NCBI GenBank assembly: GCA_046726415.1
Contig: JBKPAK010000230.1
Coordinates: forward strand, 1 to 22,637
Length of the DNA: 22,637 nucleotides
Direction: 5' to 3'
From: Candidatus Methylomirabilota bacterium
GTDB taxonomy: Bacteria > Methylomirabilota > Methylomirabilia > Rokubacteriales > CSP1-6
Below, piece by piece: positions 1 through 8,369 of this stretch. The number at the start of each line of letters is the position of its first letter. Within the stretch, counting starts at the first letter, position 1. The notes beneath the pieces were generated by a model. The model had not been told where the DNA came from. It saw only the letters and a list, made by a program, of their open reading frames with translations, and did not search any database. The position numbers were made by a program, and so were the translations under genes.

Positions 1-117
1 TGCCAAGACCCAGGGAGAACCACTTCGTTCGCTCGCCGTGCAACTTTCGACGTTTGCCTCACAGGCCGACCAGGGCCGGGATGCCCACAACATGTCGTGC
101 CCTCTCACGACATCCCG
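1..117 (-). promoter_or_regulatory. Candidate activator-binding palindromes (88-97 CAACATGTCG, 108-117 CGACATCCCG) upstream of a probable sigma54 -24 element (TCTTGGCA, minus strand, 8..1) cut by the window edge
   Basis: The reverse complement of 88-120 matches 18881-18913 at 28/33 nt. The window starts tgccaaga, the same -24 half seen at 3556 and 10105. The -12 half lies outside the window. Confidence 0.5.
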
Positions 118-229
118 TGGCATGGTGCGGCCAGCCTCGCCCTGACTCATTCGTAGGCACGAATGGACAAGGTCGCGCCGACCGCGACCACGGTCTGGCT
201 CTCCGAGGCGACGGGCAGGTGCGCCAGGA

Positions 230-360
230 GCCCGCCTGCGCGCGCTGCCGGTAGATCGCGCTGGCGAGGATCTGTCCCAGGGTGCGTTCGCGCGGTCGGT
301 GATCGAGATCTCCGCGAGCAACGACTCGAACGGGGTGGCCGTTTCAGACTGCTCGCCCAT
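230..360 (-). pseudogene. Internally deleted GAF-domain relic
   Basis: ATG at 360 gives MGEQSETATPFESLLAEISITDRA; a shifted frame gives RTLGQILASAIYRQRAQ. These resemble the start (FEVLLMEIA) and end ([19 protein letters not shown]) of the GAF domain of 10211..11866. Confidence 0.55.
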
Positions 361-466
361 AGCCGGTCCAGCCTAGCCGAGCCCTCCGACACAGGCAACG
401 GTCGCGATATCAAGCGAGCAGTGCTCCCGGCCAGGCGGTACCGCGGCAAGGATGTCCCGGACCCCG

Positions 467-661
467 CTCGCCGACCTGGGTCGGCCAGCACCACCATCGT
501 CGTCTTCACTGCCGACAACGGCGCGAAGCATCGGCTTTCAGAACGGTGGCGTCACGCCGTTCAAGGGCCAGAGGGGCGAGGCGTGGGAAGGCGGCTACCG
601 TGGCCCGATGGTGTTCCGCTGGCCGGGCGTCATCAAGCACAATCACGCGATCAACCAGCTC
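467..661 (+). pseudogene. Arylsulfatase internal fragment, frameshifted
   Basis: LADLG / TTIVVFTADNGA / GGVTPFKGQRGEAWEGGYRGPMVFRWPGVIK across frames: the sulfatase xDNG and G-K-x-x-x-x-EGG-x-R-x-P-x-x-x-x-WPG segments. Confidence 0.85.
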
Positions 662-835
662 GCGAAGCGAGCGCGATGTCGTGCGCAAGCCCCCCCTGGG
701 GTGCCCGCGATAGTACTTGTATGATATGGCCCGTCGGGTCGATGCACGGGCCGATCCACCCAAGACAGGAGGACACGCACCATGAGAACGCAAGCTGGGA
801 CAGATCCCCATGCCGGAGACACAGGGGGTGGCCGA

Positions 836-1318
836 ATGATCAAACATACGGTGAAGTCGATCGTGACGCGCATTCTGTTCGTGAGTGCGTGCGGACTGTA
901 CCTCGCCGGGTGTGCCGGGGGTGTTGAGCTCGGACCGGACGCGGTCAAGGGTAAGACGGCGGACGGCACCGTCGATATGCAGGAGGTGCAGGCGGCCTAC
1001 ATCGGCAGCGGCAGCGCGGGCACCGGCGTCCTGGTCTTTCGGGGCGCGCAATATCCGTTTCAAGTCGCCGGGGCCGGCGTCGGAGGTATCGGTCTCTCCA
1101 CCATCGATGCCAGGGGCGAGGTGTACAACCTCCGCGACCTGGCGCAGTTCCCCGGCACCTATGGCCAGGCCCGCTACGGCTTTGCCATTGGCAGCTCGAG
1201 TGCTGGCGATCTCTGGATGCAGAACGAGTCGGGCGTGATCCTGCACCTGAAGGCCAAGCGTGAAGGCCTGATCCTCAGCCTCGGGGGCGACGCCGTCGTC
1301 ATTTCGATGACAAAGTGA
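836..1318 (+). CDS. Lipoprotein, DUF1134/EipA-like family
   Basis: Signal peptide ending in lipobox LAGC when started at ATG 836 (alternative start 782). Gly-rich beta pattern GEVYNL...F-x-G-x-Y...QNESGV is shared with 9312..9755. Confidence 0.75.
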   Translation: MIKHTVKSIVTRILFVSACGLYLAGCAGGVELGPDAVKGKTADGTVDMQEVQAAYIGSGSAGTGVLVFRGAQYPFQVAGAGVGGIGLSTIDARGEVYNLRDLAQFPGTYGQARYGFAIGSSSAGDLWMQNESGVILHLKAKREGLILSLGGDAVVISMTK

Positions 1319-1450
1319 CCGCATCCGAATTCGACGACTGATTGCCGCGCCATCGTTCTGACGACCGCGACGGAGGTCTGCCCAGGCGTTGGAAACCAGC
1401 AGGGGCAGTCCGCGCGTGGCGGGCACACACCCTGTAACCCTGGAGGCGGT

Positions 1451-1858
1451 ATGGCGAAGGCATTCGCACCGTGGGCGGTCATGGCGCTGATGGTCGGGGC
1501 GCTGGCCGGGCTGTGGGCAGGCGCCGCCCATGCGCAGCAATCTCGGCCCAACATCCTCGTCATCTGGGGTGATGATATCGGCGTCCACAACATCAGCACT
1601 ACACCCACGCGATCATGGGTTACCGGACCCCGAACATCGATCGGATCGCGCGGGGGGGCGCTCTTCACCGACGCCTACGCCCAGCAGTTCGTACCCGTGC
1701 AGCAGAAGCTGAAGGACTTCCGGGTCACCTTGCCCGAATACCCGTTCCAGGAGGGCAGCAGCCTGAATGCCGCGAACATTAACTACACCACGTTGAAGGC
1801 GGCGGCGGCCCTGAAGCGGCTGAAGGAACTGGAGAGCTTCTCGCCGCCCAGCAACTGA
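1451..1858 (+). pseudogene. Arylsulfatase with catalytic core deleted (N-terminus fused in frame to C-terminus)
   Basis: GGAGG RBS, signal peptide, PNILVIWGDDIG. A shifted frame gives IMGYRTPNIDRIAR. FTDAYAQQ is joined directly to FVPVQQKLK...SPPSN, which matches 20618..20788. No C/S-x-x-x-R motif. Confidence 0.85.
1688..1858 (+). repeat. Dispersed duplicate of 20618..20788 (sulfatase C-terminus)
   Basis: Ungapped 171-nt alignment with about 21 mismatches by hand count (~88%), mostly synonymous. Confidence 0.95.
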
Positions 1859-1893
1859 ACACGCGAGCCGTGTGGTGAAGCGGAGAAGTAGTC

Positions 1894-2007
1894 ATGAAAT
1901 CCGCCGCCACGTTTCATCGATTCGGAACCCTACAAGACCGTGCTGTCCGGCAACCGGGAAGCCATAGCAAAGCTTTCGATGAAGGATCTCGAAGTGATCC
2001 TCGCCGT
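1894..2007 (+). pseudogene. HAD hydrolase relic, paralog of 20821..21849
   Basis: 1925-2005 encodes EPYKTVLSGNREAIAKLSMKDLEVILA versus EPFKTVLSGNREAMAKLSMKDLEVILA at 21139-21219. ATG 1894 follows the sulfatase stop, as in the other copy. Confidence 0.9.
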
Positions 2008-2088
2008 CTCGGCAGGCTCTACCAGGGCACGGGCCCGCGCGAGCCTGCGCAGGAACACCTCCGCATGGCGAAAGCGGCGATGGAGGAA
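2008..2088 (+). pseudogene. TPR-like C-terminal fragment
   Basis: LGRLYQGTGPREPAQEHLRMA resembles the terminal TPR helix pair (LG-x-LY...G....A.EHL..A) of large AAA/adenylate-cyclase-TPR proteins. Confidence 0.4.
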
Positions 2089-2215
2089 TCGACCGGTGAT
2101 TGGACCGGCGTGGGGCGGCAGAGCCCGCCGATGACGCTTTCCTCGCGCTCGAGCAGAGAATGAAGCCTTCAAGACGGTTTTGCCGAACGCCCGCTGCGCG
2201 GGGAGGATGATGAAG

Positions 2216-2932
2216 TCAGAACCGCAGCGAGAGGCCGAAAACGACGGTATGGGTGTTGATGTTCGCTTTGTACGTGAGATGCCTATCGGTGAGCTCGAAC
2301 CCGGGAAAGAAGATGTAGCGGTACTCGCTGAAAAGCGCGATCCAGGGCGCGATCTGAAAGGCCAGGCCGCCTCCGACCTTGCCCCCGAACTCCACGGCCA
2401 GGTGCTCATTCTTCAGGCTAAACGCCCAAGCGGGCCCGCCGGTGAAGTACGGCTGCAGCCGGCCGTGTGGGAACGTCGCGTCCACCATCAGCGGCCAGCG
2501 GAGGCGGATCTCTGGCGCAAACCCGAACATGGGCAGAGTGACGCTCGGGATGGAGGCAACGCCCGAAGCGTCCACCGAGATCGGCTTGCCGAGGAACTGG
2601 CCCGTGAGGGTCCCGGTCCCGGTGGTGGTCTGGGCGGGCACTGGAGTCTGCAGGTAGAACACGTCGAGGTCGAAGCCCAAGAACGGCAGCGGATCGAGCC
2701 AGTACCCGCCCCGGACTCCGACGGTGAACCCCGTGTCGGTATCGAGGTCGAAGATGGTCAGGTTGACCGACGCACCCCTACTGTCCTGACCTCGAACACC
2801 AAGGTCGGACGACTCGATCCACGCGGCGCCGCCGTAGAGATCGAAGTTCCATTCCGCCGCGGCGGGCCCGGCGCCATACGCGACGCCCATGACGCAAGTC
2901 AGAAGTAGCGCTGCCGTCGACCATCTCGTCAT
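2216..2932 (-). CDS. Outer-membrane beta-barrel protein (OmpA/OmpW-like 8-strand type)
   Basis: GGAGG RBS before ATG 2932, signal peptide ending AAA, amphipathic strands (LQPYFTGG, LFSEYRY), C-terminal GLSLRF beta-signal. Confidence 0.85.
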   Translation of the reverse strand: MTRWSTAALLLTCVMGVAYGAGPAAAEWNFDLYGGAAWIESSDLGVRGQDSRGASVNLTIFDLDTDTGFTVGVRGGYWLDPLPFLGFDLDVFYLQTPVPAQTTTGTGTLTGQFLGKPISVDASGVASIPSVTLPMFGFAPEIRLRWPLMVDATFPHGRLQPYFTGGPAWAFSLKNEHLAVEFGGKVGGGLAFQIAPWIALFSEYRYIFFPGFELTDRHLTYKANINTHTVVFGLSLRF

Positions 2933-3452
2933 CGCTCGCCTCCAGTCGGGTCCGGGAAGTATACCTCGCGGCGACACCTGCTCGCCGGAGTGCAACAGAT
3001 GGACGCCATCGTCTTCGTGCTCAAGCCCGCAGGCCATCGTGAGGGACCTCCCGAAGCAGATCGTGCCGGCCGGAGTCCGGTGCCTTCTATCTGGAGGACG
3101 CGAGCGTACCCCCCGACTTCCCCACCGACCCTATCTGAGTTTCGAACGCGACGATCAGTGGGGCCGCCAACGGAAGCGAAGACAGGTGCCTGGGAGAACC
3201 GGAGAGAATTCCGCTTCGGATCGTACCTTCACTTCTGAGGACATGATCGATCAGCTCAGCCGATAGAGCACCTGACTTTTAATTAGCCAATGGCAGGGCA
3301 GCGCAACACGCGGACAGTACGCGCAAGTGTCGTTTGGACAATACAGAATGAGCTGCCCGATGGGCTCGCCGCCCTTCGCTGGGGTATCGCCACCCATTCC
3401 ACAACGCGACTCGTCGCTAATCGAATCGCCCTCGGCCGACTCCGCCGGGAGT

Positions 3453-3503
3453 CACAATATCGACTCTCCGTCGATATATCGCGTCCATAGAGTCGACATC
3501 CCG
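3453..3503. promoter_or_regulatory. Three tandem palindromic boxes (candidate enhancer/UAS)
   Basis: CACAATATCG 3453, CGATATATCG 3472, CGACATCCCG 3494. The 19/22-bp spacing mirrors 10185-10235. Confidence 0.6.
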
Positions 3504-3558
3504 CTCTGGCGGACCATGCGGGCTGGGCTGAGGTCGGGGTAACCCGCGGCCAACTTCT

Positions 3559-3574
3559 TGGCACGAATCTTCCA
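3559..3574 (+). promoter_or_regulatory. sigma54-type promoter with non-canonical -12 (TGGCACGAATCTTCCA)
   Basis: Perfect TGGCACG -24 and correct spacing, but TTCC instead of TTGC. Near-identical to 10102..10087. Confidence 0.55.
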
Positions 3575-3589
3575 CATGCGCCGCGACCA

Positions 3590-3613
3590 ATGACGGTGGG
3601 TGTCGCGGCTATC
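3590..3613 (+). pseudogene. First 8 codons of a lost STAS gene paralog
   Basis: ATGACGGTGGGTGTCGCGGCTATC (MTVGVAAI) versus ATGACCGTTCGTGTCACGGCGATC (MTVRVTAI) at 10072, at almost the same distance from the promoter. Confidence 0.6.
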
Positions 3614-3699
3614 AGGCCAAGAGAGCTCTGCAGACCACGATCGACAAGGTCTGGAGCTGGCGCCATACGGACGGGAGGACGGAGGGAGACCCTCGCACA

Positions 3700-4461
3700 A
3701 TGAACGATCGGCCCCGAACTTGGCCTTGGCTATGGCGCTTCCCGATCGTCTTGGTCGTGCAGTGGTATCTAAAGTCAAAAAACATGGCCCTGGATACGAC
3801 GGAGCGATACGGGGAACATCAACGAGAATTTTTCCGATACAGGATTCTCGACGACAACAGCGACAAATTCGCCGCCGTCCGGACACAAATCGCCAGGTAT
3901 GCCGTGGAGGCAGGAGTGGTTCAACGGGCGCTGGATCTCTGCACCGGTCACGGGTTTCAAGCCAAGGCGGCGAGAGAAGCAGGAATTGCCGAAGTGGTGG
4001 GGGTGGATTTGGTGCCGGAACGGATCGAGCGGGCTGAGCGAACCTGCGGTTCGGCGGGAATCAGCTTTCGGGCGATGGACGCCTCCGCCCTGCCCTTCCC
4101 GGACAAGCATTTTGATGTGATCACCATATCCGCCGGCCTCCACGATATGCCGCGGCCGGTTCGAGAGAAAGCCCTGAAGGAAGCGGCTCGCGTGGCGATA
4201 AAGAGAGTGATCATCTTCGAGCCGAGGGTCTTCCAGAATCGACTCTTGCGGTGGCTCGGCGGGACGATCGGCTCGATTGTCGACGAATCGCTGAATTTCC
4301 GCGACTACGCGAATAACGGCCTCGCGCCGCTGTTAAAAATGGCGGGGCTGAGAGCAATCAGAGAGCAACACGTCTGGTACAGGCTCATGACGATTACGGT
4401 GTGCGAGCTGAGACCAACACGGAGACCGGCGTTCGATCGCCTTCCCGTCTATCGCCCCTGA
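3700..4461 (+). CDS. Class I SAM-dependent methyltransferase (UbiE/Methyltransf_11-like)
   Basis: LDLCTGHG motif I, VVGVDL, DASALPFPDKHFDVI, LH...ALKEAARV. Start uncertain (3700 or 3784). Confidence 0.88.
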   Translation: MNDRPRTWPWLWRFPIVLVVQWYLKSKNMALDTTERYGEHQREFFRYRILDDNSDKFAAVRTQIARYAVEAGVVQRALDLCTGHGFQAKAAREAGIAEVVGVDLVPERIERAERTCGSAGISFRAMDASALPFPDKHFDVITISAGLHDMPRPVREKALKEAARVAIKRVIIFEPRVFQNRLLRWLGGTIGSIVDESLNFRDYANNGLAPLLKMAGLRAIREQHVWYRLMTITVCELRPTRRPAFDRLPVYRP

Positions 4462-5141
4462 CCATCGCCCGTGGCCGGCGGCGCGCGGACGGGCTCGCTG
4501 GTCTTCGGGTGATTCTTCTCCTGGGCCCGCTGAAGCATCGCGCGCACCAGTTTCGCCACCGCCTCGCCCTGCGTCCGGTTGACCAGCCAGGCCGGCAGCG
4601 CGCCGCCCGGATCGCTGAGCACCTCGTAGGTCACGCGCGTGCCCTGGCCATCGCGTCCGGGCTCGATCAGCCAGCGCCCTCGGATGTACTTGACGCGAAC
4701 GTGGCTTGCGTCTGGCGGGGGACCGACCTCGTTGGCGGTGGTGAAGAGGATCGCGTAGCTCCCGGCTTCGAGATCCACGCGCTTCTGTAAGTGGACGGTG
4801 TAGTCGCGATCCCTCGCGAGGGCCACGGCCAACTGCTCGTAGACCAGACGCTCGTCGCTCGTCTCCGAGAGCAGCTCGAGCCGCTTGAGATGGGGGACAA
4901 ACCCCTGGTGCTCCCGCTGCTTCCAGAGCGTTTCGAAGATCGCGTTGGGCGATAGCGGGCTCCGGGTGGTGGCGCGGATCTCATAGAAGGCCGAGCCTTC
5001 CTTGGCGCGCCGCTCGATGAGGAGGCCGTCTTTGTGTGTCAGGGTCTCCCACTCCGCCGAGGCAACACCCGGCCTCAGCACGAGCGCGACGAGCAGGCCG
5101 AGGCCCAGACCGGCAGCGGCCCAGCGGGCGCCGGGCCTCAT
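4449..5141 (-). CDS. Exported START/SRPBCC-domain lipid-binding protein
   Basis: Signal peptide (ASA-EW), W....DG, RDRDY, G.W.IEP, VTYEVLSDPGGALPAWLVN. Confidence 0.85.
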   Translation of the reverse strand: MRPGARWAAAGLGLGLLVALVLRPGVASAEWETLTHKDGLLIERRAKEGSAFYEIRATTRSPLSPNAIFETLWKQREHQGFVPHLKRLELLSETSDERLVYEQLAVALARDRDYTVHLQKRVDLEAGSYAILFTTANEVGPPPDASHVRVKYIRGRWLIEPGRDGQGTRVTYEVLSDPGGALPAWLVNRTQGEAVAKLVRAMLQRAQEKNHPKTSEPVRAPPATGDGQGR

Positions 5142-5236
5142 CCGGTGACCCGGGGCCGCGCCACGTACTGGGTGAGGGTCCAGCCGAGCCGTCTGGGTCG
5201 GTTCGAAGAGAGCCGCCTGCGGTGCTCTCGTTTCAT
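5138..5236 (-). CDS. 32-aa ORF translationally coupled to the START gene, probably a collapsed gene
   Basis: Strong RBS (GAGGAGAAGGAC-ATG at 5236); its stop overlaps the next start (ATGA at 5141..5138). Confidence 0.35.
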   Translation of the reverse strand: MKREHRRRLSSNRPRRLGWTLTQYVARPRVTG

Positions 5237-5345
5237 GTCCTTCTCCTCTGCCTCGATACCGGTCAGCGATGCCGCTTCTCCTGGCGGTCGCCCGGATGTC
5301 GCGCTTGTGCCCAGTTGCTCGTGGGGATGTCGCTGTCGCACCTGC

Positions 5346-5933
5346 CTACGACGCCGACCGAGCGAGCTCGCGCACCGCGGCCGCAATGTCCTGGCTCAGC
5401 CGCGCGATCGCGCGACTGTGGGCGGCGGCCAGCGCGTCGAAGCCTTTGTCCGGCGACGGCTCGCGCACGGTGGTGCGGCCCGTCTGCGCCTTGCCGTCCT
5501 TCGTGCGGCTCACCGCCCACACGGCATCCAAGGTCGCCGCGTCGCCCGGAGCCGACTCGAAGCGTTGCACCTCGAGGGCGACGCGATAGTCGGCGCCCTC
5601 GCTCAACGTCAGCGGCGATACAGTCACGCTCGGCGTGCCCAGGATGGCCACCAGATTCTCGGCCACCACGCGGGCGATGCCATTCTGCAACGGGGCCGCC
5701 CACCGGTTGAACTCGTCCATGCGCACCTGGTTCGGACCCGTGCGGACGACAATCTGCGGGCGGTCGACCGCCGCCGGCACCGACACCGGGCCGAGGGTCA
5801 CTGACAAGTCGGAGGACGTGGTGGCAGGGGTGGAGGCCGCGCTGAGAGTGTAAAAGCGCGACGCCGGGGACGCGCAGCCGGCGACGAGGATCAGGAAGGC
5901 ACAGGGAATCGCGATAGCGGCACCCCGGCGCAT
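5346..5933 (-). CDS. pqiC: PqiC-family lipoprotein (ABC_trans_aux/DUF330)
   Basis: Lipobox VAGC, FYTL, GPVSVP..VDRPQIV, RWAAPL, LEVQRFE; directly follows pqiB. Confidence 0.92.
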   Translation of the reverse strand: MRRGAAIAIPCAFLILVAGCASPASRFYTLSAASTPATTSSDLSVTLGPVSVPAAVDRPQIVVRTGPNQVRMDEFNRWAAPLQNGIARVVAENLVAILGTPSVTVSPLTLSEGADYRVALEVQRFESAPGDAATLDAVWAVSRTKDGKAQTGRTTVREPSPDKGFDALAAAHSRAIARLSQDIAAAVRELARSAS

Positions 5934-7738
5934 CAGGGCTTATCCTCGCTCTTGCCACGGATCAGCGATTCCGGATGGCGTTCCAGATAGTCGGCCAGGG
6001 CTCCCAGCGACCGCGCGGCGCGGGCGACCTCCTGCAGGGCGTCGCGCAACTCCTGCTGGAGCGGGGCGTTCTTGCCAAGGAGGGTCGCGTCGGTGCTCTT
6101 GAGAAGCCGGTCGGCGGTGGTGACCGTGCGGCGCACGTCCTCGAGGGTCGTATTCACCTCGGTCTTGATCATCCCGTCCGCGCTGACCAGCACCCGGCGC
6201 AGGTCCTCGAGGGTCGGATTCACCTCGGTCTTGATCATCCCGTCCGCCGTGGCCAGCACCCGCCGCAGCTCATCCAGCGTCGCCCTCAGCTCGGGCGCCA
6301 CGTCGGCGTCCAGGCGAGTCACCGCCTTGTTGGCCCCCTCGAGCGTCAGGTTGAGGGTGCCGAGCATCTTCGTGAGGTCCGTGCCGATCGCTTCGTACGG
6401 CAGCTTGTCGAGCTTCGCGATGATGCTCCCGAGCTTCGCCTCGACCTCGGGCAGGGTGCTCGGCACCACCGGCAGCACCGGCGGGTCCTGGCGCCAGTCC
6501 ATCTTCGCCTTCGGGGCGTTCGGAAAATAGTCCAAGGCCACATAGAGCTGCCCCGTGAGCAGGCTCCCGGTCTGGAGTTGGGCGCGCAGCCCCCGCTGCT
6601 CCACCAGGCGTTGAAGGAAGAGGTGGCGCTCCTGGGCGCTCCGCGTGAGGGCTTCGCCCACGCCCGCTTGCTGGAGACTCAACCGCGTGAGCAGCCGCTC
6701 GGGAAAGGACACGATCTCCACGCGCCCGCGAATATTGGCCGTCGCCGGATCCAGGTCGAGACCGACCGCGGTGACCTCCCCCGCCGGCAGCCCCAACAGG
6801 GTGACCGGCGCCCCCACGGATAACCCCCGCAGCGATTCTGTGAAATACAGCACATAGCGCGCCTCGATCGGATCCGGCTGCTTCATGGCCGTGGTCTCGT
6901 CGCGGTAGAGCGTGAAAGCCGTATCCGCCGCGGCAGGCTCGGCCTTGCTGGCGAAGGACGGCGTCTCGAACGCCAGGCCCCCCGCCAGCAGCGCGACGAG
7001 GCCCTGCGTGCGCACGTCCACTCCGCCCGCCCCCACCGAGACGTCGATCCCGCTCGCGTTCCAGAACCGCGTGCCAGCATGGACGTACTGAGCGTAGGGC
7101 GCGTTGACGAAGATCCTGACCTCGACCGCCTTGCCGTCGCTCGCCAGGTCGTACGCGACGACCTGGCCGGCCTGGAGGCGGCGGTAGTAGATCGGCGAGC
7201 CGATCCCCAGCGAGCCGAGGTTCTCGGCCTTGAGCACGAACTGCCGGCCCGGCTGACCGCCGGTAATGATCGGCGGCGTGTCGAGTCCGGTGAACATGCG
7301 CCTTTTCTTGTCGGACTTGCCGACCCCGAAGCCGATGTAGTTGCCCGAAAGGAGGGTGCCGAGTCCGGAGACCCCGCTCAGCGTCACGCGCGGCTCGACC
7401 ACCCAGAACTTCGCGTCCTCGACCATCAGGGCCGCCGCGCTCTTGGCGATCTTCGCCGTCACCTCCACCCGCGAATAGTCGGAGGCGAGCTCCACCGCGG
7501 TCACCTGGCCGATGTTCACGTCCTTGTATTTGATGACGGTCTTGCCGGCCTCGAGACCCTCCGCAACCTTGAAGATGATGGTGATGGTCGGGCCCTGACT
7601 TAGTACACGCTGGATGGCAATCCCAAGGGCCACCACCGCGGCCAGCAGGGGAATGATCCAGACGACCGAAATGCGCGCGCGCCGCTCGGGCACCACGGTG
7701 GCCTGGGGAAGGGTGTCGCGATCGGGGCTCTCAGCCAT
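5933..7738 (-). CDS. pqiB: PqiB multi-MCE-domain intermembrane transport protein
   Basis: SVVWIIP TM anchor, three MCE domains (GLEAGKTVIKYKDV; GSLGIGSPIYYR; GLSVGAPV), LRAQLQTGSLLTGQLYV, helical tail ending LERHPESLIRGK. Confidence 0.95.
   Translation of the reverse strand: MAESPDRDTLPQATVVPERRARISVVWIIPLLAAVVALGIAIQRVLSQGPTITIIFKVAEGLEAGKTVIKYKDVNIGQVTAVELASDYSRVEVTAKIAKSAAALMVEDAKFWVVEPRVTLSGVSGLGTLLSGNYIGFGVGKSDKKRRMFTGLDTPPIITGGQPGRQFVLKAENLGSLGIGSPIYYRRLQAGQVVAYDLASDGKAVEVRIFVNAPYAQYVHAGTRFWNASGIDVSVGAGGVDVRTQGLVALLAGGLAFETPSFASKAEPAAADTAFTLYRDETTAMKQPDPIEARYVLYFTESLRGLSVGAPVTLLGLPAGEVTAVGLDLDPATANIRGRVEIVSFPERLLTRLSLQQAGVGEALTRSAQERHLFLQRLVEQRGLRAQLQTGSLLTGQLYVALDYFPNAPKAKMDWRQDPPVLPVVPSTLPEVEAKLGSIIAKLDKLPYEAIGTDLTKMLGTLNLTLEGANKAVTRLDADVAPELRATLDELRRVLATADGMIKTEVNPTLEDLRRVLVSADGMIKTEVNTTLEDVRRTVTTADRLLKSTDATLLGKNAPLQQELRDALQEVARAARSLGALADYLERHPESLIRGKSEDKP
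6137..6268 (-). repeat. 66-bp tandem duplication in the PqiB helical stalk (22-aa repeat)
   Basis: 6137-6202 versus 6203-6268 match at 61/66 nt; more degenerate copies flank them. Confidence 0.95.
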
Positions 7739-8369
7739 GGCGATCCACCTTGCTCGCCGAATCCCAGATCAGCCGGGGATCGAAGGACTCCGCCGCAATC
7801 ATCGTCAGCACGACGACAGCGGCAAAAAACAGCACCCCCGGACCTGGCTGCACCGACATCAGCGGCGAGAGCTGCACGAGGGCCACGGTGAACGTGTCGA
7901 CGAAGACGTCCAGCATCGACCAGCGACCAATGAACTCGACCATGCGGTAGAGCCGGGCCCGGTCGTGCGTACTGGTGAGGGAACGGCGCTGCACGGTGAT
8001 CAGGAGATACGCGAGCGCGACCAGCTTCCCGAGCGGGACCATCACGCTCGCCACCAGCACGATGAGGGCAAGCGGCCACGAACCCGTACGGTAGAGGAGC
8101 ACCACTCCACCCATGATGGTGTCGGATTCGGTGGACCCCAGCGCAGTCGTGGTGAGTACCGGCAAAACGTTGGCGGGTATGTAGCAAATGGCGGCGGCGA
8201 TGACGAGCGCCCACGTGTACTGGATGGAGTGGTGGCGTCGCCCGGCCAGCCCGGCGCCGCAGCGCGGGCAATACCCTGGCGCGACCGCCTCAACAGGCCG
8301 CACCAGCAAGGCGCAGGTCTCGCAGGAGACCAGTCCCACCTGGGCGGCGGTGAGGGCGGTGGCCGTCAT
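7731..8369 (-). CDS. pqiA: PqiA-family membrane protein (C-terminal-half type)
   Basis: CETC...CPRCG, YIPANVLPV, DTIMGGV, IGRWSMLDVFV, FDPRLIWD. Confidence 0.93.
   Translation of the reverse strand: MTATALTAAQVGLVSCETCALLVRPVEAVAPGYCPRCGAGLAGRRHHSIQYTWALVIAAAICYIPANVLPVLTTTALGSTESDTIMGGVVLLYRTGSWPLALIVLVASVMVPLGKLVALAYLLITVQRRSLTSTHDRARLYRMVEFIGRWSMLDVFVDTFTVALVQLSPLMSVQPGPGVLFFAAVVVLTMIAAESFDPRLIWDSASKVDRHG

Noticed and set aside
1421-1436. GGGCACACACCCTGTA as a sigma54 promoter for the sulfatase
   Set aside because: Both elements are degenerate, and the predicted +1 would fall after the GGAGG RBS.
2958-2963. TATACT -10 on the minus strand upstream of the beta-barrel gene
   Set aside because: No -35 or extended -10 support; a lone hexamer is insufficient.
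2990-3290. Short ORFs between the beta-barrel gene and the palindrome array
   Set aside because: No recognisable motifs; they may be further relics but cannot be assigned.
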